A stretch of 64,000 nt of DNA from Bacteriovoracaceae bacterium. Its GTDB lineage: Bacteria; Bdellovibrionota; Bacteriovoracia; Bacteriovoracales; Bacteriovoracaceae. The DNA is taken from assembly GCA_048270185.1 (NCBI GenBank), contig JBLWTJ010000004.1:221654-285653 (forward strand). Reading direction: 5' to 3'. The translations under genes were made by a program, and so were the position numbers. This document shows positions 9,280 through 19,036 of the stretch, piece by piece (position 1 is the first letter of the stretch; every line of letters starts with the position of its first letter). The notes beneath the pieces are model-generated. The model was given only the letters and a program-made list of their open reading frames with translations. It made no database searches and was not told where the DNA came from.

Positions 9280-10210
9280 GGCTTGCTCCCATGATATCAG
9301 TTCCTACATCAACTCTGACAAACCAACCAGGAACGAGTCTTTTAAAAGCTGTGACACCAAAAACAGGCTCATTCTCTTCGACACTTGCTATAAGGTCAAG
9401 TTCTCTTTGTGCTTGGGTCTGACCTACAGATGTAACATCACCGGCTCCAGGGCTACTTGCGGTAGCAAATTTGTATCCAATATATGGCATGAAGACAGTA
9501 TAAAGAGGGCCATCAAAAGCATATTTAGCTCTAAAAATATATTGATTAACTGCGGTATCAATGTCTTCAGAAGGGAAGGCCTTTATAAGGTGGCGACCAA
9601 TGAATCCCTCAATCCATATATTCTTTTCAACCTGAAAAGACCAAGCGGCGTTATACTGTGTATTTGTATCTTCTTTACCTGCTGAATTAAAACCATCAAC
9701 GAGAGCAATACCTACGGAAGCAATATTGTCATTCTTGATAACTCCAGTTTGTTTTTCTTCATCACCATATAAATCTTCTTCTAACAAAGTAGTATCATCA
9801 TAAAGTGATTCACTATCTGTGATTTTAAACTCAGAGCTTTCTTGATTATTATTCTTACCGTAATTTGAGTCATCACCACGTAGAACTTCGATATCTTGAT
9901 TAATAAAAATACCATTATAAAGCTCTTCGTTATAAATCTTTGTTACTTTTATCGCAGCCTGACTATCTTCTTGTTTTGGTACAACCCCCCTAACCATAGG
10001 CACTTTATTAACCATGATTGTGATGTAGTCACCTTTTGCGAAACTATCTTGATTGTTTGAAATAACAATAATACGTTTCGTCCCAGATAAGCGAAGAACT
10101 TTCTCTTTAGCTAAATCAAAGTTTGTACTATTTGAGAAATCACTAATAGGTGATTGAGCAAAAATAGTAACTGACAAAATAAGTGTAGTAATAAGTTTTA
10201 TCAATAGCAT
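9263..10210 (-). CDS. Exported hypothetical protein, probable C-terminal outer-membrane beta-barrel
   Basis: Signal peptide; amphipathic beta strands; ends in ...SLALEF (beta-signal-like). Confidence 0.6.
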   Translation of the reverse strand: MLLIKLITTLILSVTIFAQSPISDFSNSTNFDLAKEKVLRLSGTKRIIVISNNQDSFAKGDYITIMVNKVPMVRGVVPKQEDSQAAIKVTKIYNEELYNGIFINQDIEVLRGDDSNYGKNNNQESSEFKITDSESLYDDTTLLEEDLYGDEEKQTGVIKNDNIASVGIALVDGFNSAGKEDTNTQYNAAWSFQVEKNIWIEGFIGRHLIKAFPSEDIDTAVNQYIFRAKYAFDGPLYTVFMPYIGYKFATASSPGAGDVTSVGQTQAQRELDLIASVEENEPVFGVTAFKRLVPGWFVRVDVGTDIMGASLALEF

Positions 10211-10260
10211 ACGGAAAAATTGTACATCGCAAGAATAAAATAGTCTAGGCGGTTAATATT

Positions 10261-10287
10261 TAACTATATACAGAATTAAACCGATAG
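10261..10287 (+). promoter_or_regulatory. Candidate sigma28 (FliA) promoter
   Basis: TAAC-N15-ACCGATAG upstream of the LysM lipoprotein. Confidence 0.5.
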
Positions 10288-10328
10288 ATAAATGAATGAA
10301 AAATTACTATCAAAAGGGGTACTGTACC

Positions 10329-10988
10329 ATGAAAAAAATATTTGTTTTATTTCTAGTTACACTATTATCACTGACATTTACTTCTTGTTCTAATAACGAG
10401 AAAGCAAGTGATGAAGTTGCACAAGCAGAATCAGCTGAAGAGGTATCAATTGATGACTCTGACTTTGTTGTTGATGCAAACGATGACTTAGACTCATTAG
10501 CTGCAGGGGAAGGACAAGCAGTAGTAGCCGAAGAATCGATGGCCATTGCAGCAACTCCAGAGGGTGATGTACTGTTAGAAGAAAACGTTCAACTAGAAAA
10601 AGACGTAGTAATTTCAAATAATGAAGTTTATGAAGTTCAAAAAGGTGAAACACTAATGTGGATTGCTTTTAAACTTTATGGTGACTATAGAAAGTGGCGA
10701 GATATTCAAGCAATGAATCAAGATGTACTTGCCGATGGACTTCAAGCAGGAGATCAAATCAAGTATCAAAGTGGTCAGTTCAATTGGAATCCAGTAGGTC
10801 TACCTCACTTAATTAGAAATGGTGAAACTCTTGGAGTTATTTCAAAAGATAAGTATGGTACACCAGCTAAGTGGAGATCAATTTGGGATAACAATAGAGA
10901 TATGATTAAAGATCCAAACTTAATTTTTGCTGGTTTCACTCTTTACTACGTACCAGAAGAAAGAGATGTTGCTTCCAGCCCGATGTAA
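10329..10988 (+). CDS. Lipoprotein with two LysM domains
   Basis: Lipobox FTSC; YEVQKGETLMWIA..LYGD and HLIRNGETLGVIS...NLIFAGFTL. Confidence 0.88.
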   Translation: MKKIFVLFLVTLLSLTFTSCSNNEKASDEVAQAESAEEVSIDDSDFVVDANDDLDSLAAGEGQAVVAEESMAIAATPEGDVLLEENVQLEKDVVISNNEVYEVQKGETLMWIAFKLYGDYRKWRDIQAMNQDVLADGLQAGDQIKYQSGQFNWNPVGLPHLIRNGETLGVISKDKYGTPAKWRSIWDNNRDMIKDPNLIFAGFTLYYVPEERDVASSPM

Positions 10989-11019
10989 TTAGTGTATAAT
11001 AACTAAGTTATGTATATAG

Positions 11020-11044
11020 AGCTCTCTTAATGAGAGCTTTTTTT
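11020..11044 (+). terminator. Intrinsic terminator
   Basis: AGCTCTC-ttaat-GAGAGCT followed by T-run. Confidence 0.65.
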
Positions 11045-11051
11045 ATTTATT

Positions 11052-11807
11052 ATGAAAAAGATTATCACTCTTACACTTTTGTTTTTTATGTCGTCTTGCA
11101 CTTATCTTTATAAGAAAGATGCGACATATCCATATGGGCACCAAGATAAGTTTAGTTCTGAAGATTATCTTAATCATTTAGAAGGAATTGCAGACCTTTT
11201 CATTAAAAATAATAAAGTTAGAAAATTAAATTCTCGTTCCCAGCAATATCTTAATAAAATGGCCCGTGAATTATACTTGAATAATCAAGGCCTTTTTCAA
11301 AAGGATGATGTTGGAATAAACTTTTATATAGTTGATGATAAAAGAAATTTCTACTTCTCACTTCCAAAGCAAAATGTCTTTATGTCTAAAGGTCTTCTAA
11401 AAAACTTCATGAATAGTGAAAATATTTTTGCGGCCGTTCTTTTAGGGGAATTAATCAGAAGTAAAATTGGAATTTATAAGAAGAATAAATTGATACCGCT
11501 GAACTCATATACAATTGAAGATATGATTCGTATAAATCGACTAGAACTAAGTGCAAAACGTGAACTAAATAATCTTGTCTATGATGTCCTAAAGAAATCT
11601 GGATATGATCCAGAGGCCAGACTGTTATGGCTGCAAACCCTTAACAGACAGTCTATTAGCTTTAGTGTTCAGGATGTACACTCACACGAATTATCAAAAG
11701 AAGAATTTTTACTTAAAAACTATATGGTTAGAAGTGCTAAGGATGAGAATGCTATCTTTGAAAAGAACTCATCAAGACAATTCTATTATTTCAAAGAAAG
11801 TATTTAA
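11052..11807 (+). CDS. Lipoprotein of peptidase M48 fold lacking the HExxH motif
   Basis: Lipobox MSSC; NFYFSLP..VFMSKGLL..SENIFAAVLLGELIR; SGYDPEA. Confidence 0.65.
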   Translation: MKKIITLTLLFFMSSCTYLYKKDATYPYGHQDKFSSEDYLNHLEGIADLFIKNNKVRKLNSRSQQYLNKMARELYLNNQGLFQKDDVGINFYIVDDKRNFYFSLPKQNVFMSKGLLKNFMNSENIFAAVLLGELIRSKIGIYKKNKLIPLNSYTIEDMIRINRLELSAKRELNNLVYDVLKKSGYDPEARLLWLQTLNRQSISFSVQDVHSHELSKEEFLLKNYMVRSAKDENAIFEKNSSRQFYYFKESI

Positions 11808-11808
11808 A

Positions 11809-12753
11809 ATGAATGAAGAACAGATTAAGGCAAAACTTTTAGAGAATAAGCTTTGTACACCTATGTGTCAGCTTTCTAAGTTATCTGGAGACGCTTCTAG
11901 TAGGGAGTATTATCGTCTACAATCAACTGATGACAGTAAGATTGTTTGTGTTGAATCAGCTGATGGTCAACAGTCTTCTGATTTTAATCTGATTACTTCG
12001 TTAATTAATAAGAAAATAAAAACACCTGAAATTCTCTATTATGATAAGAACTTTTCAATTTTAGTTCTTGAGGATGTAGGTGATGTGTCATTAAAAGATT
12101 ATTTCTTAAAAGAAGGTCTTGCTTTCCATTTGCAGGCGATTAGGGATATCAAGAAATATCAAGATCTCGAGTTGTCAGTATGTCAAAATCGAATATTTGA
12201 TCGTGAAAAAATAGGGTTTGAATTCGATTTAGCCTGCAATTTTTTTATCAAGCAACATGCTAATATTGTGCTTTCAGAAAATGAAGAAGGTATTGTTCAA
12301 CAGGTAAGAGAGTTTATTATTGAGTTTTATGAGAATCATAGACAAGTTGTTTGCCATCGTGATTATCATTCTAATAATCTCTATGTAAAAGATGATGAAT
12401 TGTTTCATATCGATTATCAAGACATGAGAGTAGGGCCTAGGTTTTATGATTTAGTTTCACTCGTTGATGACTGTTATATTGATTTCTCAGATGAACAACG
12501 AGAATCTTTATTAAATGCATTTGAAGATAATTTCATTGATAAGAATGCTTATGAATATCACATTGTTCAAGTGCAAAGAACTTTTAAAGCACTTGGGAGT
12601 TTTGCATTCCTTAATATAGAAAAAGGTAAGCCTGGCTATCTTGTTCATATCCCAAGTAATATTAAAAAATTACAAAAGATTTTAAAAGAAAGTGAAATTG
12701 CTTGTTTTAGATCGTTTTCTAAAATTTTAGAAAGAGGTCAATATGCTGCTTAA
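11809..12753 (+). CDS. amgK: Anomeric MurNAc/GlcNAc kinase (APH family)
   Basis: LSGDASSREYYR, HRDYHSNN, IDYQD, QRTFKALGSF; adjacent to a MurU-like gene. Confidence 0.8.
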   Translation: MNEEQIKAKLLENKLCTPMCQLSKLSGDASSREYYRLQSTDDSKIVCVESADGQQSSDFNLITSLINKKIKTPEILYYDKNFSILVLEDVGDVSLKDYFLKEGLAFHLQAIRDIKKYQDLELSVCQNRIFDREKIGFEFDLACNFFIKQHANIVLSENEEGIVQQVREFIIEFYENHRQVVCHRDYHSNNLYVKDDELFHIDYQDMRVGPRFYDLVSLVDDCYIDFSDEQRESLLNAFEDNFIDKNAYEYHIVQVQRTFKALGSFAFLNIEKGKPGYLVHIPSNIKKLQKILKESEIACFRSFSKILERGQYAA

Positions 12754-13582
12754 GACATGCTTTATCGCAAGTGCTGGCTTTGGTACACGAATGGGTGCTC
12801 TTGGAAAGATTATCCCTAAACCATTGTGGCCTTTCTTTAATATGAGAATGTTAGATTTACAAGTTGAGTATGTAAGAAAACTTGGATGTGAAAACATTTT
12901 TATCAATTCTCATCATTGTCATGAAGAAATGCAGGTGTGGCTTGAAAAGAAAAATGATCCGACTATTACCTTAATACATGAGCCTCAAATACTTGGTAGT
13001 GGTGGGTGTATTCATAACTTAAAAAATTATATTCATGATGAAATCATTTTGATCATCAATTCTGATCAATTCTATTTCTTTGACTTTGCTACAATAAGTA
13101 CTTCTATCCAAGAGATGATTCAGAGAAAGGCTGTCGCGCATTTATTTGCCATCGAAGTCGATGCTAATGCCTCTTATAATGAAACAGTTGTCAAAGATGG
13201 TACTCTTGTTGATATTGCTCCACATGAAGGGCAATTAAATTACCTTACTTATTCAGGAGTAGGTATTATTGACTTAAGTCGTGTTAAGTATGTTGAAGGT
13301 GAATCTTCTTTCTTTAAGACTGTGTGTGATTATAAGAATCATAAAGTCTTGATGAAGCTTCCTGTTAATCCAACATTTTTGGATCTAGGGACGCTTGATA
13401 AATATATTGATGTTATTTCAAATCTGGACTTGCTTCCTCAGGTAATTAAAGATTTTTTACTTAATGTGGATGGACTTAAGGTCGACGAATTTAAGAAAAG
13501 CTCACACTTTAGTTGGGATGGAATTGGCTTTAATTTAGATCAGCGAGTTATTGAATATCGGGGGAAGACTTACTCTTTCTGA
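12743..13582 (+). CDS. murU: MurNAc-1-phosphate uridylyltransferase-like nucleotidyltransferase
   Basis: AGFGTRM...PKPL, EPQILGSGG, LTYSGV, FLDLGT; overlaps amgK. Confidence 0.75.
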   Translation: MLLKTCFIASAGFGTRMGALGKIIPKPLWPFFNMRMLDLQVEYVRKLGCENIFINSHHCHEEMQVWLEKKNDPTITLIHEPQILGSGGCIHNLKNYIHDEIILIINSDQFYFFDFATISTSIQEMIQRKAVAHLFAIEVDANASYNETVVKDGTLVDIAPHEGQLNYLTYSGVGIIDLSRVKYVEGESSFFKTVCDYKNHKVLMKLPVNPTFLDLGTLDKYIDVISNLDLLPQVIKDFLLNVDGLKVDEFKKSSHFSWDGIGFNLDQRVIEYRGKTYSF

Positions 13583-13758
13583 GCGATTTCTTTGATGCAG
13601 TCTACTGGACAAACTAGAGTACAGGCATTACATAACGTACAGGCCCAAGGCTCGATCGTGTACTTACCTTTATCCATAAAGATTGCTTTTTCTGGGCAAA
13701 TTAGCCTGCAGTTATCACACTCTATACAACGTGAAGAAATTTCGAGATAATAGTCCAT
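13570..13758 (-). CDS. 2x[4Fe-4S] ferredoxin
   Basis: CIECDNCRLICP and CTLCNACTLVCP; start at ATG 13758. Confidence 0.9.
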   Translation of the reverse strand: MDYYLEISSRCIECDNCRLICPEKAIFMDKGKYTIEPWACTLCNACTLVCPVDCIKEIAQKE

Positions 13759-13797
13759 ATATTGATTATAGCAAATTTTAAAAATTAAAGGGAAGAA

Positions 13798-14502
13798 GTG
13801 CACAATACGGACACATTGACATTCAAATTGCTAAATATCCTTTTTGTGATATTTTCTTTGTTTTTTCTTCATACTTGCTATTCACTTGATGCGGATGTAT
13901 CGGCCATTGATCTTGACCGCTTTATAGGAATCATTACAACGTATAAAATCACAAGTGCTCTCGCACTGTTCTTGATATTTAAAATTCTATATATGGGAGA
14001 GCTATCAGTAGTTGTTCTTTCTGTTTTTGTTTTAAATATATTTTATAAGGTTTTCTCTCTTTTTTTAGTTGAATACGACAAGATCATTTTATTAATGGCC
14101 GTCATCTTTTTACTGGTTTCTTATAATATGATCCTTCTTTTAAAAGAAGAGTTAGCGCAAGCTATATTCAGCCCAAAGTTTAATCGTGAAAACTTTAATT
14201 TTGATCGATATTGTACCTTAGAAGGAAGTGTTTATCTCACTTCTGGATCATGTGTTCCTGTAAAGGTCGCTAATTGCGATGATAAAGGAATTGTTATTTT
14301 CACTGAAGAGAAAATTTCTAAGGGTGAAACAGTTGAGTTTGAATTGATCTATGAAGGTAATAAATTTAGCGATATTTTCTGTGTTGAACTGGTTTACCCA
14401 AATGGCTATGGACTAAAATTATTATCTCAAACTTCAAAGAATAACTTCAATTGGATAACACTTTTTAACATCCTCAAAAGAAGAGGAATTGTTTCTTATT
14501 AG
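13798..14502 (+). CDS. Membrane protein (4 TM) with PilZ-like C-terminal beta domain
   Basis: Hydrophobic N-half; KVANCDDKGIVI resembles the PilZ D/NxSxxG region. Confidence 0.5.
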   Translation: MHNTDTLTFKLLNILFVIFSLFFLHTCYSLDADVSAIDLDRFIGIITTYKITSALALFLIFKILYMGELSVVVLSVFVLNIFYKVFSLFLVEYDKIILLMAVIFLLVSYNMILLLKEELAQAIFSPKFNRENFNFDRYCTLEGSVYLTSGSCVPVKVANCDDKGIVIFTEEKISKGETVEFELIYEGNKFSDIFCVELVYPNGYGLKLLSQTSKNNFNWITLFNILKRRGIVSY

Positions 14503-14524
14503 AAACGAAATTAAAGGATTTAAT

Positions 14525-14953
14525 ATGTTTAAGTATCTTATCGTTCTCCTTCTGCTCTTTTCATGTAATTCAAATAACTCGCCGGAAGGAGTTCTAAGAA
14601 ACTTCATCGATAAGCGCTTAAATGATGAAATGAAAGTAGATGATCTTAAAGATTATTTAACGGGGGAATTACTTGAGGAGTACACTCAGGCAATGGGAGA
14701 AGATCCTAATAAATTAAATGAATCGAATAAGTTCGCTGACACAAAATTAGCTATCGTTTATAAGAACTGCTCGGCAGATGAATGTTCCATAACATATTCA
14801 CTAAGTTACAACGCTGAAGCTACTGATGATAAGACAAAGCAAGATGTGAATGTTTCTGTGAAGAAAATTGCTCTAATCATCAAAGTTGAAGATAAGTGGT
14901 TTATCTCAGATATTAGTGATGTGAAATCATACTATGAGTTTAAAGAGCAGTAA
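14525..14953 (+). CDS. Hypothetical lipoprotein
   Basis: AAGGA RBS; lipobox LFSC. Confidence 0.7.
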   Translation: MFKYLIVLLLLFSCNSNNSPEGVLRNFIDKRLNDEMKVDDLKDYLTGELLEEYTQAMGEDPNKLNESNKFADTKLAIVYKNCSADECSITYSLSYNAEATDDKTKQDVNVSVKKIALIIKVEDKWFISDISDVKSYYEFKEQ

Positions 14954-14957
14954 TAAT

Positions 14958-14984
14958 TAAGATTTATTATTAGTTTTCCGATAA
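14958..14984 (+). promoter_or_regulatory. Sigma28 (FliA) promoter
   Basis: TAAG-N15-TCCGATAA, close to TAAA-N15-GCCGATAA. Confidence 0.7.
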
Positions 14985-14991
14985 ATTCTAC

Positions 14992-15342
14992 ATGAAAAAT
15001 GGCAGAGAGATTCCTTTTTCCATTGAAGAGTTAGTTGGTGAAACGTTTAAGTTATCTGAGCATCACATTGAAGCAAAATTTCAATTTGAATATCTTGATA
15101 ATATAAAGTCATATCGTCTAAGATTCGCATCAAGGTATATCGACTTTCCTAAAGACTTATCGTTAATTTCTGAAGTTCTGAAAAATTCTTTTTTGGACTT
15201 AAAAGTATTTGATTATCAATTAAATGAAGGACTGAAAGATTTTTTAGAAATCGATGACGATATTATTCTCTACTCTTTAAATGGCCGCTTATTTATCGAC
15301 GTCCAAGAATTCCAAAATTTAGACCAAAAAAAAGCGGCCTAA
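14992..15342 (+). CDS. Hypothetical protein
   Basis: 116-aa ORF between a sigma28 motif and a terminator. Confidence 0.6.
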   Translation: MKNGREIPFSIEELVGETFKLSEHHIEAKFQFEYLDNIKSYRLRFASRYIDFPKDLSLISEVLKNSFLDLKVFDYQLNEGLKDFLEIDDDIILYSLNGRLFIDVQEFQNLDQKKAA

Positions 15343-15352
15343 GCCGCTTTTT
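15326..15352. terminator. Bidirectional intrinsic terminator
   Basis: A8-GCGGC-ctaa-GCCGC-T5 between convergent genes. Confidence 0.8.
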
Positions 15353-15360
15353 CGTATTTA

Positions 15361-16194
15361 TTAAAGTGTTTGGTAATAATTTTTTAACATTAGAGCATCA
15401 TCTTCAAGATTTGGTGAGTTACAGATCATGTATCCACCACAACCATTCTTCTTAAGTGATCTAAGAAGTGCTTTCCAATCAAATTTAGATTGCTCTAGGT
15501 TAAGGTGTTTAAGATCACCTTTTGAATTAGTGCTAATTCCTGAAATATGAATGTGCATATTCTGGATTGCTTCTTCACTTAGTTCTTCTTTAAGACGTCC
15601 AATAACTTCGTCGAACTCTTCTTCAGAGTTGTACTTATTAGTACGAGCAAAAAGATGAGAGAAGTCCATACAAGGACGACATGAATCAACATTCTTAGTT
15701 AGACTAATAAGCTCATCAAGTGATCCAAATTGAGATGTCTTACCAGTTAGTTCTGGACGAAGCTCAATTTCAATATCAAGACGGCTAAGTCTTTCTTCGA
15801 TAACATTCATTGATTTTTCAACAAGGTCGAAAACATCATATGGAGAATCTTTCATGTAGAAAGCCGCGTGGAAAGTCATCGACTCGGCACCACATAAGTC
15901 TGAGATTTTGGCCGTTTGGATAATTCTCTCAACAGAAGAGTCAATTTTATCCTGCTCTCTAGCATTTAGGTTAATATAGTAAGGGCCATGTGAAGTTAGA
16001 GGAATACCTAACTCGTATGAAACCTTTCTTAAATTAGAAGAAACTTCTTCCTTCATTCTTACGCCGTGTGCAAACTCAAGTTGCATACAATCAAGACCAA
16101 GCTCGTGGATTCTTTTAACACCCTCAACTGGATTATTTTTCTTCACTGTTGAATTAGGAACACCTGCTGTACCGAAAAGTAGCTTAGTATGCAT
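15361..16194 (-). CDS. Endonuclease IV / AP endonuclease 2 family TIM-barrel protein (archaeal-like type)
   Basis: HGPYYINL, FHAAFY, PELTGKTSQFGSL, CMDFSHLFAR, HIHISGI. Confidence 0.85.
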   Translation of the reverse strand: MHTKLLFGTAGVPNSTVKKNNPVEGVKRIHELGLDCMQLEFAHGVRMKEEVSSNLRKVSYELGIPLTSHGPYYINLNAREQDKIDSSVERIIQTAKISDLCGAESMTFHAAFYMKDSPYDVFDLVEKSMNVIEERLSRLDIEIELRPELTGKTSQFGSLDELISLTKNVDSCRPCMDFSHLFARTNKYNSEEEFDEVIGRLKEELSEEAIQNMHIHISGISTNSKGDLKHLNLEQSKFDWKALLRSLKKNGCGGYMICNSPNLEDDALMLKNYYQTL

Positions 16195-16403
16195 TAAAAA
16201 CACCCCTTCCTGCTTAATTTAAAAACGTTATTGCCTTGTGTATCACAATTCAGGATTTCGCAATAGTCGCGTTGCGTAATCACTAGTAAATATCATACGT
16301 AAGTGCAATAAATGCTAATTTGTAATTCAGATGACTTATAGCCGTAATTCAGATTTGGGTCTATAATTAGAGAGTATTTTGTAAAAAAAATAGGGACAAA
16401 ATT

Positions 16404-17162
16404 TTGTTTAGTGTATTAATTTCATATTTTCTCAGTTTATTTATCGTCTTCATTCAGGTCTTTTTTCTGGCCGGTGGCTTTATTGTATTTAGTACGAACT
16501 TGCATATCTTAAGTTCTGTAGTACTTGCATCATTGATCTATGTGATTTCATTTACTTATGTCATTCCGGGTCTAGTCCTCTCACGCTTTAACCCTCTTGA
16601 GGTAAGACCAGAAGAGCATGTCGATCTATTTAATCGAATTACTACATTTCAATTTAAACTGAATAAGGGGCCTCTCAAGGTTTTTGAGAGTTCAAGCGCA
16701 CCATTTATTATGATCGGGAGTCTATTAGGATCTAAATATCTACTTCTTAATTCAGTTATTTTAAATAAGCTCGATGATAAAGAAAAATCTATTTATATCG
16801 ATGCAGAAATGAGCTTTAACGAAAGCTTTAGTGCAAAGATTCTTGGGCATATACTTATTGTTTTTTTATTTTGGAGAACAATTATTAGTATTCCTTTTAA
16901 GCTCCTAAGAGGCGAAGCTGTATTCCGCTATATGTTTGTTGTTCCTCGTAGGCTCTTTAGTTATCTTTCAAATAGTTTTAAGCAATCATTTTTTAAAGAG
17001 AAAGAATACGATATTAGAGGAATTGCACAGAAAGTAATTTATCTAGAAAATGGCATGATTAATAATGTTCACTTCAATGTTGCTTCCACAACAATGTGGT
17101 CATTAAATCATACGACAAGTGCAAATATGGACGAGAGATTTCATCAAAGTGAGCTCTTATGA
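16404..17162 (+). CDS. Membrane protein resembling HtpX (M48B) without HExxH
   Basis: Two N-terminal TMs; LLLNSVILNKLDDKEKSIYIDAEMSF aligns by eye with VAVTTGLL..L..EELEGVLAHELSH. Confidence 0.5.
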   Translation: MFSVLISYFLSLFIVFIQVFFLAGGFIVFSTNLHILSSVVLASLIYVISFTYVIPGLVLSRFNPLEVRPEEHVDLFNRITTFQFKLNKGPLKVFESSSAPFIMIGSLLGSKYLLLNSVILNKLDDKEKSIYIDAEMSFNESFSAKILGHILIVFLFWRTIISIPFKLLRGEAVFRYMFVVPRRLFSYLSNSFKQSFFKEKEYDIRGIAQKVIYLENGMINNVHFNVASTTMWSLNHTTSANMDERFHQSELL

Positions 17163-19036
17163 AGTCTTTTTTTAAAGTTTTAAGAGATCTCGATTTTACA
17201 AAATATTATCCAGCACTATTTACTATCGTTTTTTTGATGGTTCTTTTCCAGTATAAATTTCCATCAATTGAAGCAGTCTTCTACGACTTAAGGTTAAAAA
17301 CAGACATTAATCTAGTTAAAAATGAAGATATTGTTATTGTAAAGATTGATGAAGAGAGTGATGAATTCTTAGGTGAGAGTTATCCTTATACTTACACAAC
17401 TTACTTAAAATTATTTCGAAAAGTTTTAAAAGATAAACCGGCAATTATCAATTTCTTTGGAGAATTATCAGCTCCACTCAATGAAAGAGAAGCCGTGGCC
17501 CTAGATACTCTTCATGATGAAATTAAGAGTTACGTGAAAGCTGGTGGTTTATATCGCTATGGTACAGAGCTTGATTCGTGGGGTGAAAGATTACCTCCAC
17601 AACAATTAAGAGACCTCGGATATTCTCCATCTATTGTAAATATTGATAGTAAACGCTTTGCTAAAGATGATGTTGTTAGAAGAATGGTTCTTAATATCTC
17701 AGGTGAAGAGACACTCGACTTTTGGACTGCCAATGAATGGAGAATTCTTAGAGGGGATGACCCACTTGTTCTTAATAATTTAAAAAGCGCCTACTATATG
17801 CCAGAAGCAGACGCGAGCTTTAGTCTATTTAGATTTCCTCTAAAGTACTTAGAAGATGTTGAGAAGCTGCCAGTTCACCGTGTGGTTGTTGGAAATATTC
17901 CAGCAGGCTATTTTAATGGGAAGATCGTTCTCATCGGTCCGTCTTATATTTCAAATCTTGGCCACTATGCAAAGACACCATTTGATAAAGACCAAGAAAG
18001 TACTTCAAAATTAGAAATTCATGCCAATATGACAAAATCTCTAATTGAAAATAAATTAGTCTATTCAATACCAATGTGGGTGACACAAGTTTTATCCCTT
18101 ATTATTGGAATTATTCTTTCAATTGTTATTTCTAAAATTCAACCAGCAAAGGGTATGTTAATAACTTTTGGAATTATAATTGGTACATTACTTATATCTT
18201 ACTTAATGTTCATACTCTTTGGACTGTGGTTGTATGTAACTCACATTCTTTTAACAGTCTTTGTTGTCTATTATATCTGGGTTCCATTCAGGGCCATTGG
18301 TGAATACCAAAGACGCTATAAGATTCAAGAAGAAACTAAACTACTGAAGCGAGTCGAGGACCTTAAACAAAACTTTATCTCTTTAATGAGTCACGACTTA
18401 AAAACACCAGTGGCAAAGATTGCGGGTGTTGCCGATAATATGCTTCAAAAAAATAGAGGTGGTGAGACATATATTCACGATGGACTCAAAACAATCATGG
18501 ACTCGACAAAAGAGCTAAATAACTTCATTACTTCAATCCTTGATTTAACAAAAGTAGAATCCAGAAATATATCTCTTAATTTACAAAGCAAGGATGTTAA
18601 TAAGGTTGTTGAAAGTTGTGTTGATAGTTTAGGCTATCTTGCTCGTTCAAAAGAGATGGCCATAGAGACAGAGCTAGGTCCTCTTTTCCCAATTCAAATT
18701 GATATGAGTTTGGCCAATCGAATTATTAGTAATATTGTGGAAAACTCTATTAAATACGCTGGTATTGGCAAAACGATCAATATTAGGACTTGGGATGATG
18801 AGAACTGGGTCTATATTGAAATTGGAGATAATGGCGTTGGCATGAAACAAGATGATGTCGACAATATATTTGAGAAATTTTATCGGGTTAAAAATGATGC
18901 ATCCCATACTATTAAGGGAAGCGGGCTAGGGCTTTATCTGGTAAAATACTTCGTAGAGTTACATGGTGGAGAAATTTCAGTTTCTTCGCAACTTGATGTA
19001 GGAACAACGTTCTTAATTAAATTTTTGAATAAATAA
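17159..19036 (+). CDS. CHASE2-domain sensor histidine kinase
   Basis: DIVIVKIDEES, GKIVLIG, LEIHAN (CHASE2); 3 TMs; H-box SHDLKTP; NSIKY, DNGVGM, GSGLGL. Confidence 0.93.
   Translation: MKSFFKVLRDLDFTKYYPALFTIVFLMVLFQYKFPSIEAVFYDLRLKTDINLVKNEDIVIVKIDEESDEFLGESYPYTYTTYLKLFRKVLKDKPAIINFFGELSAPLNEREAVALDTLHDEIKSYVKAGGLYRYGTELDSWGERLPPQQLRDLGYSPSIVNIDSKRFAKDDVVRRMVLNISGEETLDFWTANEWRILRGDDPLVLNNLKSAYYMPEADASFSLFRFPLKYLEDVEKLPVHRVVVGNIPAGYFNGKIVLIGPSYISNLGHYAKTPFDKDQESTSKLEIHANMTKSLIENKLVYSIPMWVTQVLSLIIGIILSIVISKIQPAKGMLITFGIIIGTLLISYLMFILFGLWLYVTHILLTVFVVYYIWVPFRAIGEYQRRYKIQEETKLLKRVEDLKQNFISLMSHDLKTPVAKIAGVADNMLQKNRGGETYIHDGLKTIMDSTKELNNFITSILDLTKVESRNISLNLQSKDVNKVVESCVDSLGYLARSKEMAIETELGPLFPIQIDMSLANRIISNIVENSIKYAGIGKTINIRTWDDENWVYIEIGDNGVGMKQDDVDNIFEKFYRVKNDASHTIKGSGLGLYLVKYFVELHGGEISVSSQLDVGTTFLIKFLNK

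Noticed and set aside
11605..11808. Long N-terminal extension of AmgK
   Set aside because: It overlaps the upstream gene by ~200 nt; ATG 11809 right after that stop gives a normal AmgK N-terminus.
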